Source of the DNA: Perna viridis
Lineage: Eukaryota
DNA length: 64,000 nt
Direction: 5' to 3'
Assembly: GCA_037379345.1 (NCBI GenBank)
Contig: CM074522.1
Span: forward strand, 3,906,001-3,970,000
Position 1 is the stretch's first letter, and every line of letters begins with the position of its first letter. Of the stretch, positions 36,866 to 49,507 are shown piece by piece. The notes below the pieces were generated by a model. The model was not told the DNA's origin, made no database searches, and was given only the letters and a program-made list of their open reading frames with translations. Position numbers and translations under genes: made by a program.

Positions 36866-39800
36866 CTGGGTAGACAAACGAGGAAAGGAAAACTATGACC
36901 CGTTGAATAAATCAGTTTTCATGGTGCTGATGGATACACCATAATAAATTAAACATAACAGAGACAAGAGCATAATATATATGTATAATGGCAAAGTACT
37001 ACTTGATGAACTTCAATACAGTATAAAAGTATATACTGAAAAACTGGATTTTTTTTTAATTTCATCAACTTTCGGTAATTGTCCTACTAAATATAGTCTC
37101 GTGTCAAAAATATTTGACAAAATACAAGAATAGCAATAAATCTTAAATGAAACAAATTAAAATTTATTGTTAAATTGTTAATGATTATGTGGATTTGCTA
37201 ATCTTTCGTGTGTAAACCATACTACAAAAAAGTTGTATTAATACATGCATATACGTAAACGCCACATTCAATTTATTGCTTACCATAATCGGAATTACAA
37301 AAGAAATTCTGACGATGAATATAATTGGTTGAACATCCAACTACAAACACAAATGTACTTTCCAAACATAACAAAAACAAGAAAGAAATAATGGCGTATT
37401 TCATTTTCACAATATACAAATTCCGATCTTATAAACTCATTTTGTACTTAAGGTGTATTACGGTACATGTTAAGGTGTACAATTTGCCCGGAAATAATTT
37501 AAGCATCGTCGGTCATTTATTTTCTACGTCTTAATAGTAAACCTATCCTAGTCCCCGGGATACGACATTTCACCAATGCGTCACCTGCACTCCTACATCA
37601 TGTACATTTCAATCTGATGGCAAATAAATGTATATGAATCGGAGGGGGTTAGTAAAATGACGCCTTTGTTTAGAGAATACAGAAACTTCGTGCACTGAGC
37701 TTGAAATAAGGTTGAATTATCTTTCTTATGATATTTTGCTGGTAATTGGCGATGGACAGATAGGATACCTACTCCAGAAGTGCTGGAGGTTGTCTGGCAA
37801 GTTATTTTCTGACTTGGTGCCATCCTAAGGTGCCATCCTAACCTCTAGCATCTGACAGGTTGAAACCTATCGCAAATATAATAATAAGCAAACATGTGTT
37901 TTAAAACATTTTAAGTCTTTTATTTACGTTTAACCCATCGGAAGTCAAGCGATAAAAATCTCAAGTTTTTGTTAAATACCTAGAAAACATTTGTAATAAA
38001 GACAGTTACCAAAGTGTCCAGCCATTTAGAATTACGTTACTATTTTACGAAATACAATATACTTTTGACAAAACGAACTTAAAGTTAGTAATGGCAATTC
38101 GTTGGTTATTTTAATATTTTCGTTTCAGTAATTTTGTTAACCGGGTGCACCCACTAAAAATGCTGAAAACCACATGTAAAGTTCTTGTTTATAAACTGCA
38201 CATTTTTGTACAGTACATTTATCGTTTATTGCAGAACCCAAATTGAAAGACCGTTTGATATTAAAAGGGCGGGGTGCTTGAAATATTTGATCGGATCAAA
38301 CTATTTACTTTTACCACGTTACATGTAAAAATATCAGTTTTGCGAATATATCGAATCAAATTATTTTTTTCATATATGTAGAAGTATAATGTTCGGATCA
38401 GAATGGTTTCAAAGGATCAAAATATCCTTATCTGCAACCTTCATGATCATATTTAAAACTTTTCCACTCCCCTTATAAAATTATATGGTCTTCCCCTTAC
38501 TATCCGTTTCGTTGAACTTAATTTTTTTTAATATCAACTTTTCATATAACCTTTTTCATGTAGAATTACTCGCTTTTTGATATGCATTTTGTACATGTGT
38601 TCTCCTATACACCCATGGGCATATTTCCACAAGTGCATTAACATGTATATCATATGTGCTAAACCAAAAATTATTTTCTGGTGAGTTATGCAGTTTAGAG
38701 TTGAATCTTACCCTTTATCTATGGTGTAGTATGCTTATAATATAATATGTCTTTTTCACCACTACACATAGTTATCATTTTTTTATTACTAAATGCACAT
38801 CAGGCTTATGGTTTTGTTCTGTTTCCTTGTCCCCCAAAATAAAAAAAAAACAAAAGGATGTACATTTAGATATTATTATTTAAATGTACCGCGCCTTGTT
38901 TAAATATGACCAGAATAGGTATGGTGTCTATGTCAAAGAGATAACAACACCACCGGGATGAAAATGTCAGCCTAAGGCCACCCATTGGTCTTCAATGAAC
39001 GACGAAGAAATCCTCATACAACAGGGTAGGCTGTAGCTGGTCCAAAAACATCACTATAAAGCCTATCACAATTTATCAACATCTTTATCGTTGAGTTGTT
39101 TTGTTATCTCACCGTCAAAATAGATCTTTTTTCGTTTTCGATAACGCTCGTTAAGTTTGTTGACCAACTTAGATTTATACGTGTAAGATTTTCAATATAA
39201 AGTTAAGCTACAATAAATCATTGAAAACCCACATACTTGTATTTCTTTACCGGTATTTGAACGGGAATATAAAGAGATATAAGGTAAGCGAATATTCACC
39301 CTGACCTGCAACTAAATATGTAAAAAAAAAATGAAGATTTTGAACGAATTCCTTTTATATGGTGTAGAACGTGAATTTTTACATTGGCATTAGATGGAAA
39401 CAAAACATCAAATAACATAACAAAGGAATTAGGACTTGAAAATGTGGACTTAAGGTGTCTTCAATTTTAATGTTGCGTTTGCATATTATGATTATACAAG
39501 TTTCATTCACATGGGTCAGATTTATTTTCAGTACTTACCTTTTAGAGCCTATCAAATATGTATCATATGTACACTTCTTGTACACGTCTGATACATTTTA
39601 ACCTGCCCGCTTTTCTATTGGTCATTACATATATATATACTTACCACTATCAGATGGACTTTCTCGATCTACATGCAATCACCCAGTACATGTATAGATG
39701 GCTGCGTACTGACCTAACGATAGTGGTAGCAAAAGGAAAAAACTAATATGGTGAAATTTAACATGTGTGTTTTCCTTCCATGTTTGATCTTTGTCACTGG

Positions 39801-40063
39801 ATTGCTTTCTTTTTATTTCCGCTAGAACCTTGGTTCCCTTGATTACTCTTAAACAAATGCACAAGCATATAAACTAAAAACAAAATAGTAGGTACTCTAT
39901 TAGTTCTTTTAGTAATCTCCACATGACAATATCAGAACAAACGTAATATAACGACATAGAGACACATAAATGACCAACAGTGGACAATCAGTATGCTGTT
40001 TCGCAGAATCTTAAAATTAAAAAAGCTACACGATGTACATGTACATTGAACATTACAGGTACA

Positions 40064-42082
40064 ATGTCTGATTCAAAGATGAATGGCCGAATAAAAGTGA
40101 CATTTACCGTAATTCTTTTATTACTGTTCAGTGGAATGCTAGGAATTATTGCATGGCAGGTAGAAGAACATCGCAGTAGTAAGACACAGCCGAACAACTA
40201 CCAATCTAGTGCCGAGCTCACACTAGGGGCAATGAAACTTAACAAAGACAATATGTCTGTCAGAATCGTTGATTCGAAATCAACGTCAAACCGACTAACA
40301 GGGAAGCTGTTTGTTAACCGAAGTGTCAACACTACGGGAACAGACTGTGGTAGCGATTCGACCAAAATTTGCATGAACTGGGCTAATGATCGCAATGTTC
40401 AAATCACATACAAGGCGTTCGGAACTGTCGATTGCTATTTCTTCGAGTGGATAACGCTTCGTTGTGAGAGTCAGGTTCTGATGGATTGCTTCGATTTAGC
40501 AGGAGCACACTGGTATGGCGGCTATGAAGACTGGAATCAGTATTGGCCCTTGGAGCAAACCTCGATGAATACAAATGCATTTTTGGCCAATGATTCATAT
40601 CAGAAATTGTTAGGTGGTGTTCAAGAGCGGTATTTTATTAATACCCAAGGGATAGGGTTCAATGTAAGTGACGATGTTCCTCTTTTTCTAAGCATCAACA
40701 AAAGTTCAGATGGCAAAATGTGCTTCACGGCAAAGTACGATAAATATCCGTATACCAATACGCACAGGTCTCCTCCTAAACTAATGTACAAGATATGTAC
40801 GGCAGATAACGTACGGCAAATACATGACTTTATGTCAGCATCTCTCCCGAACCCCTCCGATATTCCCGACAAAGATCTCTTCCGGTACCCTATCTGGTCA
40901 ACTTGGGCACAGTATCATAAAGATATAAATCAATCAACTGTATTGGAATTTGCGTACAATATCTTGAAGTATAAATTCGGACATTCGCAGTTGGAGATTG
41001 ATGACGACTGGACTCCTAAGTATGGAGACATGGACTTTACAGCAAAGAAGTTCGAAAATGCTAGTGACATGATAAAACAACTGAATAAAATGGGTTTCCG
41101 AGTAACCATTTGGGTGCACCCTTTCTTCAACATAGATTCGCAAGCTTTCCTAGAGGCTGGTGTATTGGGTTTCTTGGTCCGACAGTATGATTCCTTGCTT
41201 CCTGCTTTGGTTTCATGGTGGGATGGCAATGCAGCTGGAATTCTAGACGTTTCGAATGAAAATGCAACAACATGGTATTTGAATAAGTTGCGGAATCTAC
41301 GCACTACTTACAATATAAGTTCTTTTAAATTTGATGCTGGTGAATGCAATTGGCTTCCAAACATCTTTGCAAATCCGTTTGACTCTCCAAACTTTTATCC
41401 AACAAAATGGGCAGAATTAGCTTACAATGCTGACAAAAACGTACGACATCAAGAAGTGCGAGTAGGCGTGAACACGCAGAATCTTCCGATATTTGTGCGC
41501 ATGCTTGATAAGGACTCAAATTGGGATTACCGGAATGGACTTAAAACGCTGATTAACACGGCTCTTACATTCGGAATTCTTGGGTATCCGTTTATCTTAC
41601 CGGATATGATAGGTGGAAATGCGTACGAAGGACATATCCCGGAACGAGAATTATTCATTCGGTGGTTAGAAGCGACGGCTCTACTTCCGTCGATGCAGTT
41701 TTCCATCGTCCCTTGGCAGTATGACGAAGAGGTTATAAACATATCAATAAAATTTACCAAGATGCACGAGAAGTATAGTGATTTAATAATTGAACTTGCA
41801 CAAGAGTCGGTCCGTACAGGAGCACCCATAATTCGTCCGATTTGGTGGGTAGCCCCGGATGATGAAGAGGCGCAAGTGATAGATTCCGAATTCTTATTGG
41901 GAAACAACATTTTAGTTGCTCCAGTATTACAGAAGAATGCCCGATCTAGAAATATCTATTTACCTGCAGGGCGATGGAATAGTACGACGAATGGAACCAT
42001 TTTCGATGGACCAATATTGGTTCAAAATTTTCCTGCAGCTTTGGACGAACTACCTGTCTTTGAACGTGTGACGGCAAATTGA
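40064..42082 (+). CDS. MYORG: MYORG-like (myogenesis-regulating glycosidase / KIAA1161-like) GH31 glycosidase, type II membrane protein, single coding exon
   Basis: ORF 39980-42082; the likely ATG is 40064, just after the splice acceptor CATTACAG. N-terminal TM helix (VTFTVILLLLFSGMLGIIAW), HWYGG, PIWSTWA, LEIDDDW, GFRVTIWVHPF, nucleophile KFDAGE, acid/base LPDMIGGN, PIIRPIWW, FLLGNNILVAPV, YLPAGRW. The symbol denotes family likeness, not proven orthology. Confidence 0.92.
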   Translation: MSDSKMNGRIKVTFTVILLLLFSGMLGIIAWQVEEHRSSKTQPNNYQSSAELTLGAMKLNKDNMSVRIVDSKSTSNRLTGKLFVNRSVNTTGTDCGSDSTKICMNWANDRNVQITYKAFGTVDCYFFEWITLRCESQVLMDCFDLAGAHWYGGYEDWNQYWPLEQTSMNTNAFLANDSYQKLLGGVQERYFINTQGIGFNVSDDVPLFLSINKSSDGKMCFTAKYDKYPYTNTHRSPPKLMYKICTADNVRQIHDFMSASLPNPSDIPDKDLFRYPIWSTWAQYHKDINQSTVLEFAYNILKYKFGHSQLEIDDDWTPKYGDMDFTAKKFENASDMIKQLNKMGFRVTIWVHPFFNIDSQAFLEAGVLGFLVRQYDSLLPALVSWWDGNAAGILDVSNENATTWYLNKLRNLRTTYNISSFKFDAGECNWLPNIFANPFDSPNFYPTKWAELAYNADKNVRHQEVRVGVNTQNLPIFVRMLDKDSNWDYRNGLKTLINTALTFGILGYPFILPDMIGGNAYEGHIPERELFIRWLEATALLPSMQFSIVPWQYDEEVINISIKFTKMHEKYSDLIIELAQESVRTGAPIIRPIWWVAPDDEEAQVIDSEFLLGNNILVAPVLQKNARSRNIYLPAGRWNSTTNGTIFDGPILVQNFPAALDELPVFERVTAN

Positions 42083-44601
42083 TTTTAAAAAATCTGTTAA
42101 TATAACTTGAACATGTTCGCTATTAACTTTTTAATTTTTTAAATCTTAAAGTTTCTGAACTTTAACGTGTTGTATCTTATATCCACATTTTCTTCTTACA
42201 TGAATATTTAAGTTATTTGATAAGTCTTTTTCGTTGCTTTGTGACATCATATCTGTTTAAACGAAAAATGGGTTTAGTGAGTATTTTAAGTTATTTTATT
42301 AAATCTGCAGACCAAAAATACCGTGCAAAGCCACGAAAACTTACAAATGTTTTATTTAAAGAGTTAAAAATGTTTAACATGCAGCATTTCTAAGGAAAAG
42401 AGCCACGTGAGCTATTCCAAATATGCGTCTGTCCTAATACACCATTTTATGAAACCATTAACTATTAAAGGCTTAAAAATATTGCCGTTTTTGCTATCTT
42501 AAAAATGTCAATACTTACATCAGCATTCCACGTTAGCCTTTCAAACAAATGTTTTCCTTCTGGAACCACCTTGTAGTTCACAAAGTTTGATCATCTGCAT
42601 TATTTGGGTGTATACTCTTAATATGCTGATCCGGTATAACAAAAATGGCTGCCATGTTTATTTGTAGATCATAAAGGGTTTGAATCGATAATATCAAGGT
42701 ATATAGAGAAAATATGGACTTCCTATCATTTGAAGAGCTTTCCATAGAGTCACGGCTATGTATAATAGAATTATACCTTATTAATCTTTATTATCAAAAC
42801 TATTATCATTACTTTGCAGTTTCTTTAAAAGAGGGATCAAGGGAACCAAGATTCTAAAGAATGTAATCCAGGGACAAAGACCAGACATGGAAAACAGATA
42901 TACACAACAAAGAACATAAAGTAACTAAAATTATACATACAAAGTAACAAAAGCAAATAAGAAACTCGGACTCCACTAAAAACTGGGAGCATATAAAAAC
43001 ATTATTATTGGAAATACAGTTACGAAATTATCCTATAATAGATAAGGCATACAAAAGTCCCTATGTGCCGAGGATGTAGGATCACTTCTTTTCAGTTAGG
43101 TCCCTTGATGGACGAAAAATTGTGTTTTACAGTATATTAGCCAATTATATCTTGATAAAAATAAATGACAGGAATATATACCATAGAACTGTAGCAAATA
43201 GGGAAAAGTTACGATGGCTGAAATAGTTTATTTTTTCCCGGAGGCTAAAGAAATGAGTTCCATGTGAGGGTTGTAGGCCTTCTAATTGCCCTTGTTAACA
43301 TGACTTCGTCACATTAACCTATTTGTAACAGATTCTTGTTGTAGTTATTGACAGTTTTATATTGCTTGTTTTTCCTAAACCTTAAAAAATAGGAAAGTTA
43401 ACTCTTATGTGACCTACATTATATGAAAACTCCGAAAAGGTTTTTTTTTCTCGTTTAATACCTATTTGACCAAATACTTCTGGGTGTTAAATATCTATCC
43501 AAAGTGGGTTTTTTTAAATCGTAAAATGGCAATTTGACTTCCTACTTCTGGTGTATTTTTTAAGACGTCTTCATCAAGGGGATATGTGAATGGAAAACAT
43601 TTTCTTTTACTTTTTCGACTTTTGAATAGGAAAATTAAGATATATCTATTTCATTCCTTTTACTTTTATTTTGAAATGATTAGTATATCTACAGAAACTC
43701 ATATAAAAATGGATCAAACTTAACGATAAACATGTGAAGTCCTTAATCTGAGACAAGTGTCAAACTCAACTACTGTACACCTCCTTCCAGTTACGCATGA
43801 ATAGTCAATAATTCGTGTACATGCACGTCTTTCAGGGGAACCTTAAAAAACTATAATAAACTTCATTTTCAAATTTCAAAGATAGAAAAAAAGTCGATGA
43901 AAGATGTTTCTCTCAATGTTTTGTAAGGCGAATAAACCACAAAGGGTGGTCCCTGGTTGATTTCTTTTAGATGTTTCATTAGATGTTTGTACACTTCCAA
44001 ATGTTTGTAATCATTTGTAAATGTTTAAAAGCAACAGTTATCAAATACAATCATATAATATTTCCACAGATAACGAAATAAAAGGTCCCAACAGAAAACA
44101 AATACGGAATCCATTAGCGTCATTTCTGTGTGTTACAGGTACACACATGATTAAGAGTCAGGCAAAAAATCCGTAATGTACTTCCATTGTGCCTTTCCTT
44201 GGTCAATCCGCCATGTTAGGATATGAAAGTACTGGTATTTACTTGTAATACATGCAACTATGACTTACAGATTGTGTATTACAATGATTATTGTCTACAT
44301 GTAATAAATTGGGTATTCAAACAAAATTCAACCCTCAAAACTTTAGAATGTAAACAATGCACGGTATTAAAAAAATGTAAGCAAAAAAGCTTTGAAGAAA
44401 GGTGTTAAATCAAACTTCAGTTACATAAACTTTCTAAGTCAATATGATTTAAATTTGAAAGCTCGTTAAAACTGTGTCCGTTGCGGACCTACAGCCTCAG
44501 TAGATAATGTTAACAACAAAACACTAATCCAATGCATGACCCAGTCAGGTCCAAAATAAATCTGGCAAAATAAATATTACACCATCGGAGCTGCTGGTAC
44601 C

Positions 44602-44691
44602 GCAATGGTCCTGTCTTGGTACAGGCATTTCGAACTAAATGGTAGGTTAAATCTAGGTTTTACAGCGCGCTAAACCTTCCTCTTCCATTGC
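44602..44691 (-). ncRNA. Twister-ribozyme-like module (P5-type permutation), slightly degenerate
   Basis: Minus strand: GCAATGG-AAGAGGAAGGT-TTAGCGCGCTGTAAAACCTAGATT-TAA-CCT-AC-CATTT(agttcg)AAATG-CCTG-TACCAAGA-CAGG-A-CCATTGC. P5 7 bp, P3 5 bp, P4 CCTG/CAGG, T1 ACC/GGT and the UAA motif all occur in twister order. Confidence 0.5.
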
Positions 44692-44757
44692 CGCGTGAAT
44701 ATACCAGTGGTGATTAAAAACATCTGCATGCTATTGTTAAAATCGGCAAATCAGCGG

Positions 44758-45063
44758 TCACAAAGAGCAACTTACAAAAAACCAAACAAACAAACAAACA
44801 AAACAAGAAGAAACTGAGACCAAGGACTTATATCTAAAAATGAATTTTGTAAGAAACCTGTTAAGACACATTTCCTCATACCCCTGATTAAGGAGTCTTT
44901 TACGCAGATATTTATGGCGTTCAAGGAAATCAGAATTGTTAGTACTTGCTGTAGAGTAGGGAATCAATTGTGAAATATAAACAACATATGCAGGAGATGA
45001 AGCAATATTGCTGCACAGGTAAGTGAAATTTTTCGTAATAGAATTAAAGTTATACACTTCCAC
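44758..45063 (-). mobile_element. Penelope-like retroelement reverse-transcriptase C-terminal (thumb) remnant
   Basis: NF.YLCSNIASSPAYVVYISQLIPYSTAS..SDFLERHKYLRKRLLNQGY matches the invertebrate PLE RT motif FxFxxxNFPxLxSNIPxxPAYGVYISQLIRY..DF..R..L..LLxQGY. Confidence 0.75.
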
Positions 45064-48000
45064 TTTGTTAATATGTATTAAATTGTCTAGTCATTGTAAT
45101 GTCTCTGTTTCATGTAAAATATTGATATCTGTATGTACCCAATCATTTAAATCATCTGTGTTTTATATATAATATATGAGTCTACAGATGTAATTAGTTT
45201 ATTAATAATTGAATATCTCGCATCTTGTACATGTCTCTTGTATCTAACAATGATCTTGAACCGAAATACAAAAAAAGAGCATCAAGTAAAAATATAGTTA
45301 TGCATTCCTTCCTACCTTATAATTACAAGGCATAGTACTAAAGAAACGTGAATCGATCTTTTTTAACAGGTAACGACCGATGTCAAAAACATGCCAGTTG
45401 TTTTGAAACAAGCATGGCCGGCGATGCTACAGCGCTAATTAGTCTAAATGAGCGTGGAACATGGTATATGTTACAACAGGCTACTGATTAATGACCACTA
45501 TATATTAGTGATGACTTGTCTAAATGCATGTATTGTACATCAGATTTGTTTCTTGTTATTCAATTTACAATGTAATAATTTGTGATTAGGAAATTGATAA
45601 TCACCATTACATGTACGTACACATGCTTTCATTTTGGGGACTTTTTTTGGTGGTCGGATTTGAAGCTTTATCTAATATTGAATGACATTAAGTGTTGAAA
45701 TACATGTAAGGACGTAAATGTATACAGAAACGTATTTATATAAGCGTCACTAACAATTTTGTATTTTTGTATTTGTTTGTTTGCGTTACTACGCAATGTT
45801 TTGCGTAATAATGCATATAAATTAGAAGTTAAGAAAGTTAGAGGCTAATATGCTTCCGTAAAAGGCTGCTTTTTTTAAAACTCAGGCTTCAGTAACAGAT
45901 CTAGCGGAGTGGTCCATAGGCTGGATCCCCTTTTTGTTGACGATTTTGTGTATTTCATGGATAGTTGGAATTAATAATAGTAGCCTAATACCCCCTTTTT
46001 AAATTTCTAGATCGACACCCCGCTTTTAAAAAAAAATAGTTGATTCGCCCTGATTTTCTTTCAACGTCGATTGGTAGAATTTTGAACAATAATAGACTGA
46101 AAATTCCATAGCCTAAACCTTTTTATCTTCAATATATGCCGCGTATATGAGGTACAGGCAACATATGCCAATTTTAAAATCTGTTATATGACTTGGTATG
46201 GTTTCGATCTCCTTGTTCTCGAAGCAAGCAACCACTATTACCACATGTTAAAGAGGTTCAGTGCAAAGAAAAGTGCGAAAGTCGCTCTACCTCCTTTGTC
46301 CCTTTAAGTTATTATCCGAGAGAGATGTAAAGTTATGAAAATAACCTCGCCATCCCTGTTGGGAAATGAGGCCTCGGGAAAGTACAAAATCTAGACGGTA
46401 AAACTAGAACAAATCGTACTGGCGACACTGAGAAAAAGATCGAAGTGTGTGATCTGGGACCCGTGTAAAACAAAACTCATGTGAACTTATTATTTTCAGC
46501 GATTGATACTTAAAACCTCATTTCATGGGTTCCAAATTCTTAGCTTTATTTCCCTGTGTGTTTTCCTATGGTGATTAACCATGAAACGGTATAAGAGGCA
46601 ACATTTTAATTCTATTGGTTTTAGTAGTGAACCTTCACTAACGTAAGAAAAAGAATTCTGTTTATTTTACGTGATTCTCTACAAACATCATGTACATTAT
46701 TCCCTTGTATTCCGTCGATCTGTTAAGCTATTCAAATTTATGTTATTCTACATCTGACTATTAGAGGAAATGAGGCGAAAAATTTAGCGGAGACAAAAAT
46801 GCTGTAGCGTGTAATTGAATAAGACATGTAAGCACGGAAGTTTTGGTATCAACAGCGATAGTTTAAGAACATTTATTTAATTGGTATCTCGCTATATGAA
46901 CACCAGTTAAACAAAATTTATGGTTATTGCATTAATCCATGCATTGTTTGTAGTATATGTTGTTATATTGAATTCATAATTTAAAAAAACTTTTTTGTCG
47001 CGGTCCGTCCGGCCTTTAATTCTATTTACGCCTCTCCCCAACCCCAAATCCTGGATCCGCCATCAAACATTTTACAAATACAAATGCATAACTATTAATT
47101 GAAATAAATATACAATGTACAGTTTGTTTTCGCGTCATCCGGCTTGTTTGTGATTTTGGCTTGCGAAATTTCCAAGTGCACTTCCTAGCACTCAAACCGC
47201 TGTCATGGGAAGATGCTGTGTTCATCTTTCCGGTTTCTTTGACTCATTTCACTTACATGTATATAAAGCCTCTTTAAAAAATGGAATATATGTTTGAGTA
47301 AAGAAAACTAATGGGATTGATAAAAATACATTTGTGACAGTAATCAAAGCAATTAAAATGATTTTAAAAAGCGTCAGACTCTTTTTTTCTTCATTCAGAT
47401 TGTTTCTTACTATAAAATGATTGTAAACGGGATTGCCGATTTGGCTAAATGGGAAAATCATAGCCGGATAAGAAAAGACAAAAGCGGGAAACTCATAACC
47501 AAATAAAAAAGGCACAAAGCGGAGACGCAGAATAACAGTTTTATGTTCATCAAATCTGTATTTACTGATTGGGATTTTTCTTTAATCCCTTGCATCATGC
47601 TGGTATGTTTTATTTTGTATAACTTAATTCGAAAGCACCTAAAAGTTTGCCAAACAAACTTCCAGCATTATCCGAAATATATTTGATATAACTCAATGTT
47701 ATTTTGACTTTAGTGTGCAAACACATGCATCAGTTATAATAACAAACTCGTGAGCTATGCGACTGCCGTGCGGTCAAATTCCCTTTCTGTTGCAAAATTT
47801 TAGATAAGAAGAAAGCTTTTCTGAAGTATCCACTAATCCTTCGAATCTTTATTAATCTCTTATATACAACCGTCCTAATCGTTTCAAGAAGAAGTGAATT
47901 ATGCAAAAACAATTTAAGTAACTAAATGACAAGTTTGAGGAATCGCGTAACGTTATGGCGATATTTGAGATTTTTTGTTGCGGAAGTAAGGATTCAAAAA

Positions 48001-49472
48001 TCGCTCTACTTCTGTTATAGTATTTACCGACCATATGCTTTCCTTAACAAGATGATAAAACACGTGTTCATAGATATCCGACTGTCTGTACGCGAATGAC
48101 TAATTACTTCTTTTTTTTTCAAATTTAGATGCCACCATTTTTATGTTAAGTGTCATTCTCATTAAAATCAATAACAGATAAAACACTGACAGGATCGAAA
48201 CGTTTGATTGTATGATGAAGCTGTATACGATTTGATTTTATGGGGAAACTTGGGAGCTAGGAATAAAGTTGAAAAAGGCAGGAGAAGAAGTTTTTGTTGA
48301 AAATGTAAGATGAACATCATAGCAAAAAAGACAGGATTGAAATGTATTAACCCATTCATAGATTGAAATGCTATTTTACAAAGGACATCTATGGAAGACT
48401 GTAATATAATTGAAATTGAATATACTGAAAAGCCTAAGATCGTTTATCCAAGTCAATCGTAAATTAAAAGTCTAAAAATCATTCTTACAAAAATATAAGT
48501 AGAACGTTTAAGAAGATTGGTCGAGGTTTGATACAGCATGTGTCGAGGTTTGATACAGCAGGTGCTACAGATTTTAACATGTCGTGTTCATTATACATGT
48601 ATCATTTATATCAACCATATTTCAAGTATACATGCAGTCTGTGAAGGGGTGCGATTTAAGGTATGCAATATAGGTCTAGGTGTGTGATATAGGGTATGTG
48701 ATATACGTCTAGAAGTGTAATATACGGTATGCGATATAGGGTAGATGATATAGGGTTTAAACAGCACTTGTAATGCAATTAAAGGACAGACACACAAAAG
48801 TAGCTTTAGAAGAGAAATCAAATACAAAGTAATCTACCCCTGAAAACATTTCCACACAAACGACATAAGAAATGAACCATTCAAATCACCGACTAGAAGC
48901 ACATAAGAATAGTATGATAGAATACTAGGACCATTATAAAGCAAATTCAACTTTGCAATGACTTCATTAAAAGATTTCGGTAGACCGTTTAATCCAGTAA
49001 GTTCGTATTCGAATTGCTTCAGTTGATATTTCATATATATCTGAAATGTGGCCTGTTTACGTGTCATCAAAATTCAAAATGTTAAAAAGAATCTAAATAT
49101 GAGGGAACTATTTCTCTCCAAACTGAGCCATACTTATCGTGTACTTTTGTGTTACGTAATTTAAATTCAATTCCGTTACTGTACTTTTAAATTTAGAACA
49201 ATGGTTAAGTGGAATGAAAACATTTGAACCATTGGTTGTCAAAACATTTCATATTTGTCCAGATGAAATATCGCGATGACTACTTAACTTGTCATTCCAC
49301 AGTTATAAAAGTACAGGTATGCATAAATTGATTCATCGACCAGGTTCTTTTTAAAGCAGTGTATGATGTGGCTTGGCAAAGTAATACACTGTTGAACGTT
49401 TGGAGATTTTTGTCTTTTGAGAATTATTCCCGTAATACCTCAAAGAGGTTATCCCTATACATCAGTGGTACC

Positions 49473-49473
<1 letters not shown>

Positions 49474-49507
<34 letters not shown>
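49474..49507 (+). repeat. Compound (GT)n(GA)n microsatellite
   Basis: Direct reading. Confidence 0.9.

Noticed and set aside
39988-41910. Several antisense ORFs over the GH31 gene
   Set aside because: Shadow ORFs of a long coding exon with no recognisable motifs.
47249-48034. Possible degenerate GPCR fragments on the minus strand (hydrophobic ORFs, an ERFL motif)
   Set aside because: No continuous exon chain or diagnostic TM motifs; may be chance in AT-rich DNA.
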